Assembly: GCF_006345805.1 (NCBI RefSeq)
Contig: NC_042997.1
Coordinates: forward strand, 211,854,001-211,918,000
Direction of reading: 5' to 3'
From: Octopus sinensis
Taxonomy: Eukaryota
Length of the DNA stretch: 64,000 nt
The notes beneath the pieces are model-generated. The model was given only the letters and a program-made list of their open reading frames with translations. It was not told where the DNA came from and made no database searches. Positions 45,801-59,600 of the stretch are shown piece by piece; the first letter of the stretch is position 1, and each line of letters begins with the position of its first letter. Position numbers and translations under genes: made by a program.

Positions 45801-46459
45801 AAATAATTGTTAAAATCGAACTGCACTCTTCAAAACTTGCACTAAGAATAAGCACAAGTTAAAATTACTTCCTGCTTTTATAGCAAGTTGATGCAGGTAG
45901 TTTATCCTGTCCCCCGCCGACTTTCAGTTCATGCAATTGAAAAAAACGTATTATTTATGGGATGATCCAATATCTCTATATAAATGTAAGATCCAAGGAT
46001 CGAGGTGTAGGGAGAAGGTACATTTCAAGTAATCCATAAAAAAAAAAAACAACCTTCAAGAACAAAGTACGATAAACTAAAAAACATTATATTTCATGGT
46101 AGGCAGCCAGGGTTGCCAGGAATGCAAATAAAAATACAAGAGTTACAGAATGGAGTTGATAAGATCCAGGCTACGTTTCATTCGATCAGGTATTCTAATT
46201 GAATTTTCTGTGCATTAACACGGGCCTCCTAGCAACAATGTAGACTTTCATTTAATCAAGATATCCTTGGCCAGAAGAGCAGCCGGTGGTATACACTTTG
46301 CTTGGATATTTACCACTTCTGAGGTTCCGCTTGCTAAGAAATGTATGCAGCCCAAATCTTATCTACTCTGCTCCTTAACTCTTGGATATATAAATATATA
46401 TGTTGATAAAAAGGATAAGATAACAAAAGAAAGAGACTTTGATATTATGTAAACAGAGG

Positions 46460-47050
46460 TGACACTGGCAATGACCCATGCATGAATGGTGCTTATTGCA
46501 TGCCACCAGCAAGGGAGCCAGTCCGGTGGCACTGGCACCAGCCACAACTACAATTTCCATTTGATTGTGGTTTGATTTGACTTTGATGTTGATGTATGTG
46601 ACTCAATATGTCTCCTGAAGCATGGCATGTTGCCCTATGATCCAAGGTACAGAGGGGCTGGTTATGCTACACTGGCGTAGGCGACACCTGTGATCTCACT
46701 TCTCAGTCATAGCATATCTCCAGAGGTCTCGGTCTTTTGTCATTGACTCTGTGAGGCCCAACATTCGATGGTCATGTTTCATCACCTCATCCTATGTCTA
46801 ACTGGGTCTACCTCTTCCCACGCAGCTCTCCTCTGCCTTACACAGCACATGACGATACCAGTGCAGTTGTCTCTCTCGTACACCACATCTGATGTTTTTT
46901 TTATATCCAAGATTTCTCTCAGAGCACTCACACTCTGCCATACATGCACACTGACATTACACATCCAGAGGATCGTACTAGCTTCATTTCTTTCAAGCCT
47001 ACGCATGTCCTCTGCAGCCACGGCCCATGTCTCCTGTTGTGAAACATAGC
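46460..47050 (-). mobile_element. Degenerate RTE-clade LINE fragment (RT C-terminus plus start of 3' UTR)
   Basis: ETWAVAAEDMRRLERNEAS...GRGRPSKT..., frameshifted; its 3' UTR start matches the 5' end of the (GAT)n-tailed family. Confidence 0.8.
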
Positions 47051-47653
47051 AGAAATGATGACATTTAAAAAAGAAGCTGGAAATTGTGGTTTATGGTGCA
47101 ACCTGATGAAGAAAGGAAGCTAAAATGATTTTAAATGATTAAGTATGACCTTATTAGAAACTGAATTTGTGTATCGTTATGATGGATGGTGGGAGTGGGT
47201 GAGCAGTGGTGGTGTGCGGTGGTGTTATCTCCCTTCGATTAACATTTTTTGCACTGAGTTCAAATCACACCTAAGTTTATCATCATCATCATCAACATCG
47301 TCATCACCATCCTCTTCATCATCATCATCATTTTAGCGTTTACTCTTTCATGCTTGTATGGCTTAGATGAGAGTAACTTAGGATGGACTTTCTACGGCTG
47401 GATGCTGTTTCTGATGTCAACTCTCCGCGTGACGTAACACTCTCCCAGTTTATTTGAACAAAAAAAATAGCTCCAGTATGGTCACACAAAGAACTGGAAA
47501 CAAGAAACAGTATTAAATGAGATTACAAAGACTGCGCAAATTAACAAGGTCTAATTAATATGTCTAATGATTTATTGATCTGTTGTTGGCAAGAATTCAA
47601 TAAAACTCTCCTGAAAATTCCATTGAACTGATTTCCTTAATTTTCGTAGAGAC

Positions 47654-50600
47654 ACTCTGGTCATTCTTTGGTCATACTCTAATTTTGGTCATTCTCTGGT
47701 CATTACTCTCATTTTGGTCATTCTCTGGTCATTACTCTCATTTTGGTCATTCTCTGGTCATTACTCTCATTTTGGTCGTTCTCTGGTCATTACTCTCATT
47801 TTGGTCGTTCTCTGGTCATTACTCTCATTTTGGTCATTCTTTGGTCATTACTCTCATTTTGGTCATTCTCTGGTCATTACTCTCATTTTGGTCGTTCTCT
47901 GGTCATTACTCTCATTTTGGTCGTTCTCTGGTCATTACTCTCATTTTGGTCATTGTCTGGTCATCACTCTCATTTTGGTCATTCTCTGGTCATCACTCTC
48001 ATTTTGGTCATTCTCTGGTCATTACTCTCATTTTGGTCATTCTCTGGTCATTACTCTCATTTTGGTCATTCTCTGGTCATTACTCTCATTTTGGTCATTC
48101 TCTGGTCATTACTCTCATTTTGGTCATTCTCTGGTCATTATTCTCCTTTTGGTCATTCTCTGGTCATCACTCTCATTTTGGTCGTTCTCTGGTCATCACT
48201 CTCATTTTGGTCGTTCTCTGGTCATTACTCTCATTTTGGTCATTCTCTGGTCATTACTCTCATTTTGGTCATTCTCTGGTCATCACTCTCATTGGTCATT
48301 CTCTGGTCATTACTCTCATTTTGGTCATTCTCTGGTCATACTCTCATTTTGGTCATTCTCTGGTCATTACTCTCATTTTGGTCATTCTCTGGTCATTACT
48401 CTCATTTTGGTCATTCTCTGGTCATACTCTCATTTTGGTCATTCTCTGGTCATCACTCTCATTTTGGTCATTCTCTGGTCATTACTCTCATTTTGGTCAT
48501 TCTCTGGTCATTACTCTCATTTGGTCATTCTCTGGTCATTACTCTCATTTTGGTCATTCTCTGGTCATTACTCTCATTTTGGTCATTCTCTGGTCATCAC
48601 TCTCATTTTGGTCATTCTCTGGTCATCACTCTCATTTTGGTCATTCTCTGGTCATTACTCTCATTTTGGTCATTCTCTGGTCATTACTCTCATCATTTGG
48701 TCATTCTCTGGTCATTACTCTCATTTTGGTCATTCTCTGGTCATTACTCTCATTTTGGTCATTCTCTGGTCATTACTCTCATTTTGGTCATTCTCTGGTC
48801 ATTACTCTCATTTTGGTCATTCTCTGGTCATTACTCTCATTTTGGTCATTCTCTGGTCATTACTCTCATTTTGGTCATTCTCTGGTCATCACTCTCATTT
48901 TGGTCATTCTCTGGTCATTACTCTCATTTTGGTCATTCTCTGGTCATTACTCTCATTTTGGTCATTCTCTGGTCATTACTCTCATTTTGGTCATTCTCTG
49001 GTCATTACTCTCATTTTGGTCATTCTCTGGTCATTACTCTCATTTTGGTCATTCTCTGGTCATTACTCTCATTTTGGTCATTCTCTGGTCATCACTCTCA
49101 TTTTGGTCATTCTCTGGTCATTACTCTCATTTTGGTCATTCTCTGGTCATTACTCTCATTTGGTCATTCTCTGGTCATACTCTCATTTTGGTCATTCTCT
49201 GGTCATTACTCTCATTTTTTCATTCTCTGGTCATTACTCTCATTTTGGTCATTCTCTGGTCATTACTCTCATTTTGGTCATTCTCTGGTCATACTCTCAT
49301 TTTGGTCATTCTCTGGTCATTACTCTCATTTTGGTCATTCTCTGGTCATTACTCTCATTTTGGTCATTCTCTGGTCATACTCTCATTTTGGTCATTCTTG
49401 GTCATTACTCTCATTTTGGTCATTCTCTGGTCATCACTCTCATTTTGGTCATTCTCTGGTCATTACTCTCATTTTGGTCATTCTCTGGTCATTACTCTCA
49501 TTTTGGTCATTCTCTGGTCATTACTCTCATTTTGGTCATTCTCTGGTCATTACTCTCATTTTGGTCATTCTCTGGTCATTACTCTCATTTTGGTCATTCT
49601 CTGGTCATTACTCTCATTTTGGTCGTTCTCTGGTCATTACTCTCATTTTGGTCGTTCCCTGGTCATTACTCTCATTTTGGTCATTCTCTGGTCATCACTC
49701 TCATTTTGGTCGCTCTCTGGTCATTACTCTCATTTTGATCGTTCTCTGGTCATCACTCTCATTTTGGTCATTCTCTGGTCATTATTCTCCTTTTGGTCAT
49801 TCTCTGGTCATCACTCTCATTTTGGTCATTCTCTGGTCATTACTCTCATTTTGGTCATTCTCTGGTCATCACTCTCATTTTGGTCATTCTCTGGTCATTA
49901 CTCTCATTTTGGTCATTCTCTGGTCATTACTCTCATTTTGGTCATTCTCTGGTCAGTACTCTCATTTTGGTCATTCTCTGGTCATCACTCTCATTTTGGT
50001 CATTCTCTGGTCATTACTCTCATTTTGGTCATTCTCTGGTCATTACTCTCATTTTGGTCATTCTCTGGTCATCACTCTCATTTTGGTCATTCTCTGGTCA
50101 TCACTCTCATTTTGGTCATTCTCTGGTCATTACTCTCATTTTGGTCATTCTCTGGTCATTACTCTCATTTTGGTCATTCTCTGGTCATTACTCTCATTTT
50201 GGTCATTCTCTGGTCATCACTCTCATTTGGTCATTCTCTGGTCATTACTCATTTTGGTCATTCTCTGGTCATTACTCTCATTTTGGTCATTCTCTGGTCA
50301 TCACTCTCATTTTGGTCATTCTCTGGTCATTACTCTCATTTTGGTCATTCTCTGGTCATACTCTCATTTTGGTCATTCTCTGGTCATAACTCTCATTTTG
50401 GTCATTCTCTGGTCATTACTCTCATTTTGGTCATTCTTGGTCATTACTCTCATTTTGGTCATTCTCTGGTCATTACTCTCATTTTGGTCATTCTCTGGTC
50501 ATACTCTCATTTTGGTCATTCTCTGGTCATTACTCTCATTTTGGTCATTCTCTGGTCATCACTCTCATTTTGGTCATTCTCTGGTCATCACTCTCATTTT

Positions 50601-53600
50601 GGTCATTTTGGTCATCTTGGTCATACTCTCATTTTGGTCATTCTCTGGTCATACTCTCATTTTGGTCATTCTCTGGTCATCACTCTCATTTTGGTCATTC
50701 TCTGGTCATTACTCTCATTTGGTCATTCTCTGGTCATTACTCTCATTTTGGTCATTCTCTGGTCATTACTCTCATTTTGGTCATTCTCTGGTCATCACTC
50801 TCATTTTGGTCATTCTCTGGTCATTACTCTCATTTTGGTCATTCTCTGGTCATTACTCTCATTTTGGTCATTCTCTGGTCATTACTCTCATTTGGTCATT
50901 CTCTGGTCATTACTCTCATTTTGGTCATTCTCTGGTCATTACTCTCATTTTGGTCATTCTCTGGTCATTACTCTCATTTTGGTCATTCTCTGGTCATTAC
51001 TCTCATTTTGGTCATTCTCTGGTCATTACTCTCATTTTGGTCATTCTCTGGTCATTACTCTCATTTTGGTCGTTCTCTGGTCATTACTCTCATTTTGGTC
51101 ATTCTCTGGTCATTACTCTCATTTTGGTCATTCTCTGGTCATCACTCTCATTTTGGTCATTCTCTGGTCATCACTCTCATTTTGGTCATTCTCTGGTCAT
51201 TACTCTCATTTTGGTCATTCTCTGGTCATTACTCTCATTTTGGTCATTCTCTGGTCATTACTCTCATTTTGGTCATTCTCTGGTCATCACTCTCATTTTG
51301 GTCATTCTCTGGTCATTACTCTCATTTTGGTCGTCTGCTCTATGGTCATTACTCTCATTTTGGTCATTCTCTGGTCATCACTCTCATTTTGGTCATTCTC
51401 TGGTCATTACTCTCATTTTGGTCATTCTCTGGTCATTACTCTCATTTTGGTCATTCTCTGGTCATTACTCTCATTTTGGTCATTCTCTGGTCATTACTCT
51501 CATTTGGTCATTCTTGGTCATTACTCTCATTTTGGTCATTCTCTGGTCATTACTCTCATTTTGGTCATTCTCTGGTCATTACTCTCATTTTGGTCATTCT
51601 CTGGTCATTACTCTCATTTTGGTCATTCTCTGGTCATCACTCTCATTTTGGTCATTCTCTGGTCATCACTCTCATTTTGGTCATTCTCTGGTCATTACTC
51701 TCATTTTGGTCATTCTCTGGTCATTACTCTCATTTTGGTCATTCTCTGGTCATCACTCTCATTTTGGTCATTCTCTGGTCATTACTCTCATTTTGGTCAT
51801 TCTCTGGTCATTACTCTCATTTTGGTCATTCTCTGGTCATTACTCTCATTTTGGTCATTCTCTGGTCATCACTCTCATTTTGGTCATTCTCTGGTCATTA
51901 CTCTCATTTTGGTCATTCTCTGGTCATTACTCTCATTTGGTCATTCTCTGGTCATACTCTCATTTTGGTCATTCTCTGGTCATTACTCTCATTTTGGTCA
52001 TTCTCTGGTCATTACTCTCATTTTGGTCATTCTCTGGTCATTACTCTCATTTTGGTCATTCTCTGGTCATTACTCTCATTTTGGTCATTCTCTGGTCATT
52101 ACTCTCATTTTGGTCATTCTCTGGTCATTACTCTCATTTTGGTCATTCTCTGGTCATCACTCTCATTTTGGTCATTCTCTGGTCATCACTCTCATTTTGG
52201 TCATTCTCTGGTCATTACTCTCATTTTGGTCATTCTCTGGTCATCACTCTCATTTTGGTCATTCTCTGGTCATTACTCTCATTTGGTCATTCTCTGGTCA
52301 TCACTCTCATTTTGGTCATTCTCTGGTCATTACTCTCATTTTGGTCATTCTCTGGTCATCACTCTCATTTTGTCATTCTCTGGTCATTACTCTCATTTTG
52401 GTCATTCTCTGGTCATTACTCATTTTGGTCATTCTCTGGTCATTACTCTCATTTTGGTCATTCTCTGGTCATTACTCTCATTTTGGTCATTCTCTGGTCA
52501 TTACTCTCATTTTGGTCATTCTCTGGTCATTACTCTCATTTTGGTCATTCTCTGGTCATCACTCTCATTTTGGTCATTCTCTGGTCATCACTCTCATTTT
52601 GGTCATTCTCTGGTCATTACTCTCATTTTGGTCATTCTCTGGTCATTACTCTCATTTTTGTCATTCTCTGGTCATTACTCTCATTTTGGTCATTCTCTGG
52701 TCATCACTCTCATTTTGGTCATTCTCTGGTCATTACTCTCATTTTGGTCATTCTCTGGTCATTACTCTCATTTTGGTCATTCTCTGGTCATTACTCTCAT
52801 TTTGGTCATTCTCTGGTCATCACTCTCATTTTGGTCATTCTCTGGTCATTACTCTCATTTTGGTCATTCTCTGGTCATTACTCTCATTTTGGTCATTCTC
52901 TGGTCATTACTCTCATTTTGGTCATTCTCTGGTCATTACTCTCATTTTGGTCATTCTTTGGTCATTACTCTCATTTTGGTCATCCTCTGGTCATTACTCT
53001 CATTTTGGTCATCCTCTGGTCATTACTCTCATTTTGGTCATTCTCTGGTCATTACTCTCATTTTGTTCATTCTCTGGTCATTACTCTCATTTTGGTCATT
53101 CTCTGGTCATTACTCTCATTTTGGTCATTCTCTGGTCATCACTCTCATTTTGGTCATTCTCTGGTCATTACTCTCATTTTGGTCATTCTCTGGTCATTAC
53201 TCTCATTTTGGTCATTCTCTGGTCATTACTCTCATTTCATTCATTCTCTGGTCATTACTCTCAGTTTCTCCATTCTCTGGTCATCAATCTCATTTTGGTC
53301 ATTCTCTGGTCATTACTCTCATTTTGGTCATTCTCTGGTCATTACTCTCATTTTGGTCATTCTCTGGTCATTACTCTCATTTTGGTCATTCTCTGGTCAT
53401 TACTCTCATTTTGGTCATTCTCTGGTCATTACTCTCATTTTGGTCATTCTCTGGTCATTACTCTCATTTTGGTCATTCTCTGGTCATCACTCTCATTTTG
53501 GTCATTCTCTGGTCATTACTCTCATTTTGGTCATTCTCTGGTCATTACTCTCATTTTGGTCATTCTCTGGTCATTACTCTCATTTTGGTCATTCTCTGGT

Positions 53601-56600
53601 CATTACTCTCATTTTGGTCATTCTCTGGTCATACTCTCATTTTGGTCATTCTCTGGTCATTACTCTCATTTGGTCATTCTCTGGTCATTACTCTCATTTT
53701 GGTCATTCTCTGGTCATTACTCTCATTTTGGTCATTCTCTGGTCATTACTCTCATTTTGGTCATTCTCTGGTCATCACTCTCATTTTGGTCATTCTCTGG
53801 TCATTACTCTCATTTTGGTCATTCTCTGGTCATTACTCCCATTTTGTTCATTCTCTGGTCATTACTCTCATTTGGGTCATTCTCTGGTCATCAATCTCAA
53901 TTTGGTCATTCTCTGGTCATTACTCTCATTTTGGTCATTCTCTTGTCATTACTCTCATTTTGGTCTTTCTCTGGTCATTACTCTCATTTTGGTCATTCTC
54001 TGGTCATTATTCTCATTTTGGTCATTCTCTGGTCATCACTCTCATTTTGGTCATTCTCTGGTCATTACTCTCATTTTGGTCATTCTCTGGTCATTACTCT
54101 CATTTTGGTCATTCTCTGGTCATTACTCTCATTTTGGTCATTCTCTGGTCATTACTCTCATTTGGTCATTCTCTGGTCATTACTCTCATTTTGGTAATTC
54201 TCTGGTCATTACTCTCATTTTGGTCATTCTCTGGTCATTACTCTCATTTTGGTCATTCTCTGGTCATTACTCTCATTTTGGTCATTCTCTGGTCATCACT
54301 CTCATTTTGGTCATTCTCTGGTCATCACTCTCATTTTGGTCATTCTCTGGTCATTACTCTCATTTTGGTCATTCTCTGGTCATCACTCTCATTTTGGTCA
54401 TTCTCTGGTCATTATTCTCCTTTTGGTCATTCTCTGGTCATCACTCTCATTTTGGTCGTTCTCTGGTCATTATTCTCATTTTGGTCATTCTCTGGTCATC
54501 ACTCTCATTTTGGTCGTTCTCTGGTCATTACTCTCATTTTGGTCATTCTCTGGTCATTACTCTCATTTTGGTCATTCTCTGGTCATTACTCTCATTTTGG
54601 TCATTCTCTGGTCATTACTCTCATTTTGGTCGTTCTCTGGTCATTACTCTGATTTTGGTCGTTCCATGGTCATTACTCTCATTTTGGTCATTGTTTGGTC
54701 ATCACTCTCATTTTGGTCATTCTCTGGTCATCACTCTCATTTGGTCATTCTCTGGTCATTACTCTCATTTTGGTCATTCTCTGGTCATTACTCTCATTTT
54801 GGTCATTCTCTGGTCATTACTCTCATTTTGGTCATTCTCTGGTCATACTCTCATTTTGGTCATTCTCTGGTCATTACTCTCATTTTGGTCATTCTCTGGT
54901 CATTACTCTCATTTGGTCATTCTCTGGTCATCACTCTCATTTTGGTCATTCTGTGGTCATCACTCTCATTTTGGTCATTCTCTGGTCATTACTCTCATTT
55001 GGTCATTCTCTGGTCATTACTCTCATTTTGGTCATTCTCTGGTCATTACTCTCATTTTGGTCATTCTCTGGTCATTACTCTCATTTTGGTCATTCTCTGG
55101 TCATTACTCTCATTTTGGTCATTCTCTGGTCATTACTCTCATTTTGGTCATCTCTGGTCATTACTCTCATTTGGTCATTCTCTGGTCATTACTCTCATTT
55201 TGTCATTCTCTGGTCATTACTCTCATTTTGGTCATTCTCTGGTCATTACTCTCATTTTGGTCATTCTCTGGTCATTACTCTCATTTTGGTCATTCTCTGG
55301 TCATCACTCTCATTTTGGTCATTCTCTGGTCATTACTCTCATTTTGGTCATTCTCTGGTCATCACTCTCATTTTGGTCATTCTCTGGTCATTACTCTCAT
55401 TTTGGTCATTCTCTGGTCATTACTCTCATTTTGGTCATTCTCTGGTCATTACTCTCATTTTGGTCATTCTCTGGTCATTACTCTCATTTTGGTCATTCTC
55501 TGGTCATTACTCTCATTTTGGTCATTCTCTGGTCATTACTCTCATTTTGGTCATTCTCTGGTCATTACTCTCATTTTGGTCATTCTCTGGTCATTACTCT
55601 CATTTTGGTCATTCTCTGGTCATTACTCTCATTTTGGTCATTCTCTGGTCATTACTCTCATTTTGGTCATTCTCTGGTCATACTCTCATTTTGGTCATTC
55701 TCTGGTCATTACTCTCATTTTGGTCATTCTCTGGTCATTACTCTCATTTTGGTCATTCTCTGGTCATTACTCTCATTTTGGTCATTCTCTGGTCATTACT
55801 CTCATTTTGGTCATTCTCTGGTCATTACTCTCATTTTGGTCATTCTCTGGTCATTACTCTCATTTTGGTCATTCTTGGTCATTACTCTCATTTTGGTCAT
55901 TCTCTGGTCATTACTCTCATTTTGGTCATTCTCTGGTCATCACTCTCATTTTGGTCATTCTCTGGTCATTACTCTCATTTTGGTCATTCTCTGGTCATTA
56001 CTCTCATTTTGGTCATTCTCTGGTCATTACTCTCATTTGGTCATTCTCTGGTCATATCTCATTTTGGTCATTCTCTGGTCATCACTCTCATTTTGGTCAT
56101 TCTCTGGTCATTACTCTCATTTTGGTCATTCTCTGGTCATTACTCTCATTTTGGTCATTCTCTGGTCATTACTCTCATTTGGTCATTCTCTGGTCATTAC
56201 TCTCATTTGGTCATTCTCTGGTCATTACTCTCATTTTGGTCATTCTCTGGTCATTACTCTCATTTTGGTCATTCTCTGGTCATTACTCTCATTTGGTCAT
56301 TCTCTGGTCATTACTCTCATTTTGGTCATTCTCTGGTCATCACTCTCATTTTGGTCATTCTCTGGTCATTACTCTCATTTTGGTCATTCTCTGGTCATTA
56401 CTCTCATTTTGGTCATTCTCTGGTCATCACTCTCATTTTGGTCATTCTCTGGTCATTACTCTCATTTTGGTCATTCTCTGGTCATCACTCTCATTTTGGT
56501 CATTCTCTGGTCATTACTCTCATTTTGGTCATTCTCTGGTCATCACTCTCATTTTGGTCATTCTCTGGTCATTACTCTCATTTTGGTCATTCTCTGGTCA

Positions 56601-59600
56601 TACTCTCATTTTGGTCATTCTCTGGTCATTACTCTCATTTTGGTCATTCTCTGGTCATTACTCTCATTTTGGTCATTCTCTGGTCATTACTCTCATTTTG
56701 GTCATTCTCTGGTCATTACTCTCATTTTGGTCATTCTCTGGTCATCACTCTCATTTTGGTCATTCTCTGGTCATCACTCTCATTTTGGTCATTCTCTGGT
56801 CATTACTCTCATTTTGTCATTCTTGGTCATTACTCTCATTTTGGTCATTCTCTGGTCATTACTCTCATTTTGGTCATTCTCTGGTCATCACTCTCATTTT
56901 GGTCATTCTTCTGGTCATTACACTCTCATTTTGGTCATTCTCTGGTCATTACTCTCATTTTGGTCATTCTCTGGTCATTACTCTCATTTTGGTCATTCTC
57001 TGGTCATCACTCTCATTTTGGTCATTCTCTGGTCATTACTCTCATTTTGGTCATTCTCTGGTCATTACTCTCATTTTGGTCATTCTCTGGTCATTACTCT
57101 CATTTTGGTCATTCTCTGGTCATTACTCTCATTTTGGTCATTCTCTGGTCATCACTCTCATTTTGGTCATTCTCTGGTCATTACTCTCATTTTGGTCATT
57201 CTCTGGTCATTACCTCATTTTGGTCATTCTCTGGTCATTACTCTCATTTTGGTCATTCTCTGGTCATACTCTCATTTTGGTCATTCTCTGGTCATTACTC
57301 TCATTTTGGTCATTCTCTGGTCATTACTCTCCTTTGGTCATTCTCTGGTCATCACTCTCATTTGGTCATTCTCTGGTCATTACTCTCATTTTGGTCATTC
57401 TCTGGTCATCACTCTCATTTTGGTCTCTCTGGTCATTACTCTCATTTTGGTCATTCTCTGGTCATTACTCTCATTTTGGTCATTCTCTGGTCATTACTCT
57501 CATTTTGTCATTCTCTGGTCATTACTCTCATTTTGGTCATTCTCTGGTCATTACTCTCATTTTGGTCATTCTCTGGTCATTACTCTCATTTTGGTCATTC
57601 TCTGGTCATTACTCTCATTTTGGTCATCTCTGGTCATCACTCTCATTTTGGTCATTCTCTGGTCATTACTCTCATTTTGGTCATTCTCTGGTCATTACTC
57701 TCATTTTGGTCATTCTCTGGTCATTACTCTCATTTTGGTCATTCTCTGGTCATTACTCTCATTTTGGTCATTCTCTGGTCATTACTCTCATTTTGGTCAT
57801 TCTCTGGTCATTACTCTCATTTTGGTCATTCTCTGGTCATTACTCTCATTTTGGTCATTCTCTGGTCATTACTCTCATTTTGGTCATTACTCTCATTTTG
57901 GTCATTCTCTGGTCATTACTCTCATTTTGGTCATTCTCTGGTCATTACTCTCATTTTGGTCATTCTCTGGTCATTACTCTCATTTTGGTCATTCTCTGGT
58001 CATCACTCTCATTTTTGTCATTCTCTTGTCATTACTCTCATTTTGGTCATTCTCTGGTCATTACTCTCATATTGGTCATTCTCTGGTCATTACTCTCATT
58101 TTGGTCATTCTCTGGTCATTACTCTCATTTTTTCATTCCCTGGTCATTATTCTCGTTTTGGTCATTCTCTGGTCATTACTCTCATTTTGGTCATTCTCTG
58201 GTCATTACTCTCATTTTGGTCATTCTCTGGTCATTACTCTCATTTTGGTCATTCTCTGGTCATACTCTCATTTTGGTCGTTCTCTGGTCATTACTCTCAT
58301 TTTGGTCATTCTCTGGTCATTACTCTCATTTTGGTCATTTCTGGTCATTCACTCTCATTTTGGTCATTCTCTGGTCATTACTCTCATTTTGGTCATTCTC
58401 TGGTCATTACTCTCATTTGGTCATTCTCTGGTCATTACTCTCATTTTGGTCATTCTCTGGTCATCACTCTCATTTTGGTCATTCTCTGGTCATTACTCTC
58501 ATTTTGGTCATTCTCTGGTCATTACTCTCATTTTGTCATTCTCTGGTCATCACTCTCATTTTGGTCATTCTCTGGTCATCACTCTCATTTTGGTCGCTCT
58601 GGTCATTACTCTCATTTTGGTCATTCTCTGGTCATTACTCTATTTTGGTCATTCTCTGGTCATTACTCTATTTTGGTCATTCTCTGGTCATCACTCTCAT
58701 TTTGGTCATTCTCTGGTCATTACTCTCATTTTGGTCATTCTCTGGTCATCACTCTCATTTTGGTCATTCTCTGGTCATTACTCTCATTTGGTCATTCTCT
58801 GGTCATTACTCTCATTTTGGTCATTCTCTGGTTATTACTCTCATTTTGGTCATTCTCTGGTCATTACTCTCATTTTGGTCATTCTCTGGTCATTACTCTC
58901 ATTTTGGTCATTCTCTGGTCATTACTCTCATTTTGGTCATTCTCTGGTCATTACTCTCATTTTGGTCATTCTCTGGTCATTACTCTCATTTGGTCATTCT
59001 CTGGTCATTACTCTCATTTTGGTCATCCTCTGGTCATTACTCTCATTTTGGTCATCCTCTGGTCATTACTCTCATTTTGGTCATTCTCTGGTCATTACTC
59101 TCATTTTGTTCATTCTCTGGTCATTACTCTCATTTTGGTCATTCTCTGGTAATTACTCTCATTTGGTCATTCTCTGGTCATCACTCTCATTTTGGTCATT
59201 CTCTGGTCATTACTCTCATTTTGGTCATTCTCTGGTCATTACTCTCTATTTGGTCATTCTCTGGTCATTACTCTCATTTTGGTCATTCTCTGGTCATCAC
59301 TCTTTTTTTCATTCTCTGGTCATTACTCTCATTTTGGTCATTCTCTGGTCATTACTCTCATTTTGGTCATTCTCTGGTCATTACTCTCATTTTGGTCATT
59401 ACTCTCATTTTGGTCATTCTCTGGTCATTACTCTCATTTTGGTCATTCTCTGGTCATTACTCTCATTTTGGTCATTCTCTGGTCATCCTCTATTTTGGTC
59501 ATTCTCTGGTCATTACTCTCATTTTGGTCATTCTCTGGTCATTACTCTCATTTTGGTCATTCTCTGGTCATTACTCTCATTTTGGTCATTCTCTGGTCAT

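Noticed and set aside
47630-47655. Acceptor-like TTTCCTTAATTTTCGTAG just before the satellite
   Set aside because: The upstream gene already ends with a stop and poly(A) signal, there is no donor partner, and such motifs are common in AT-rich DNA.
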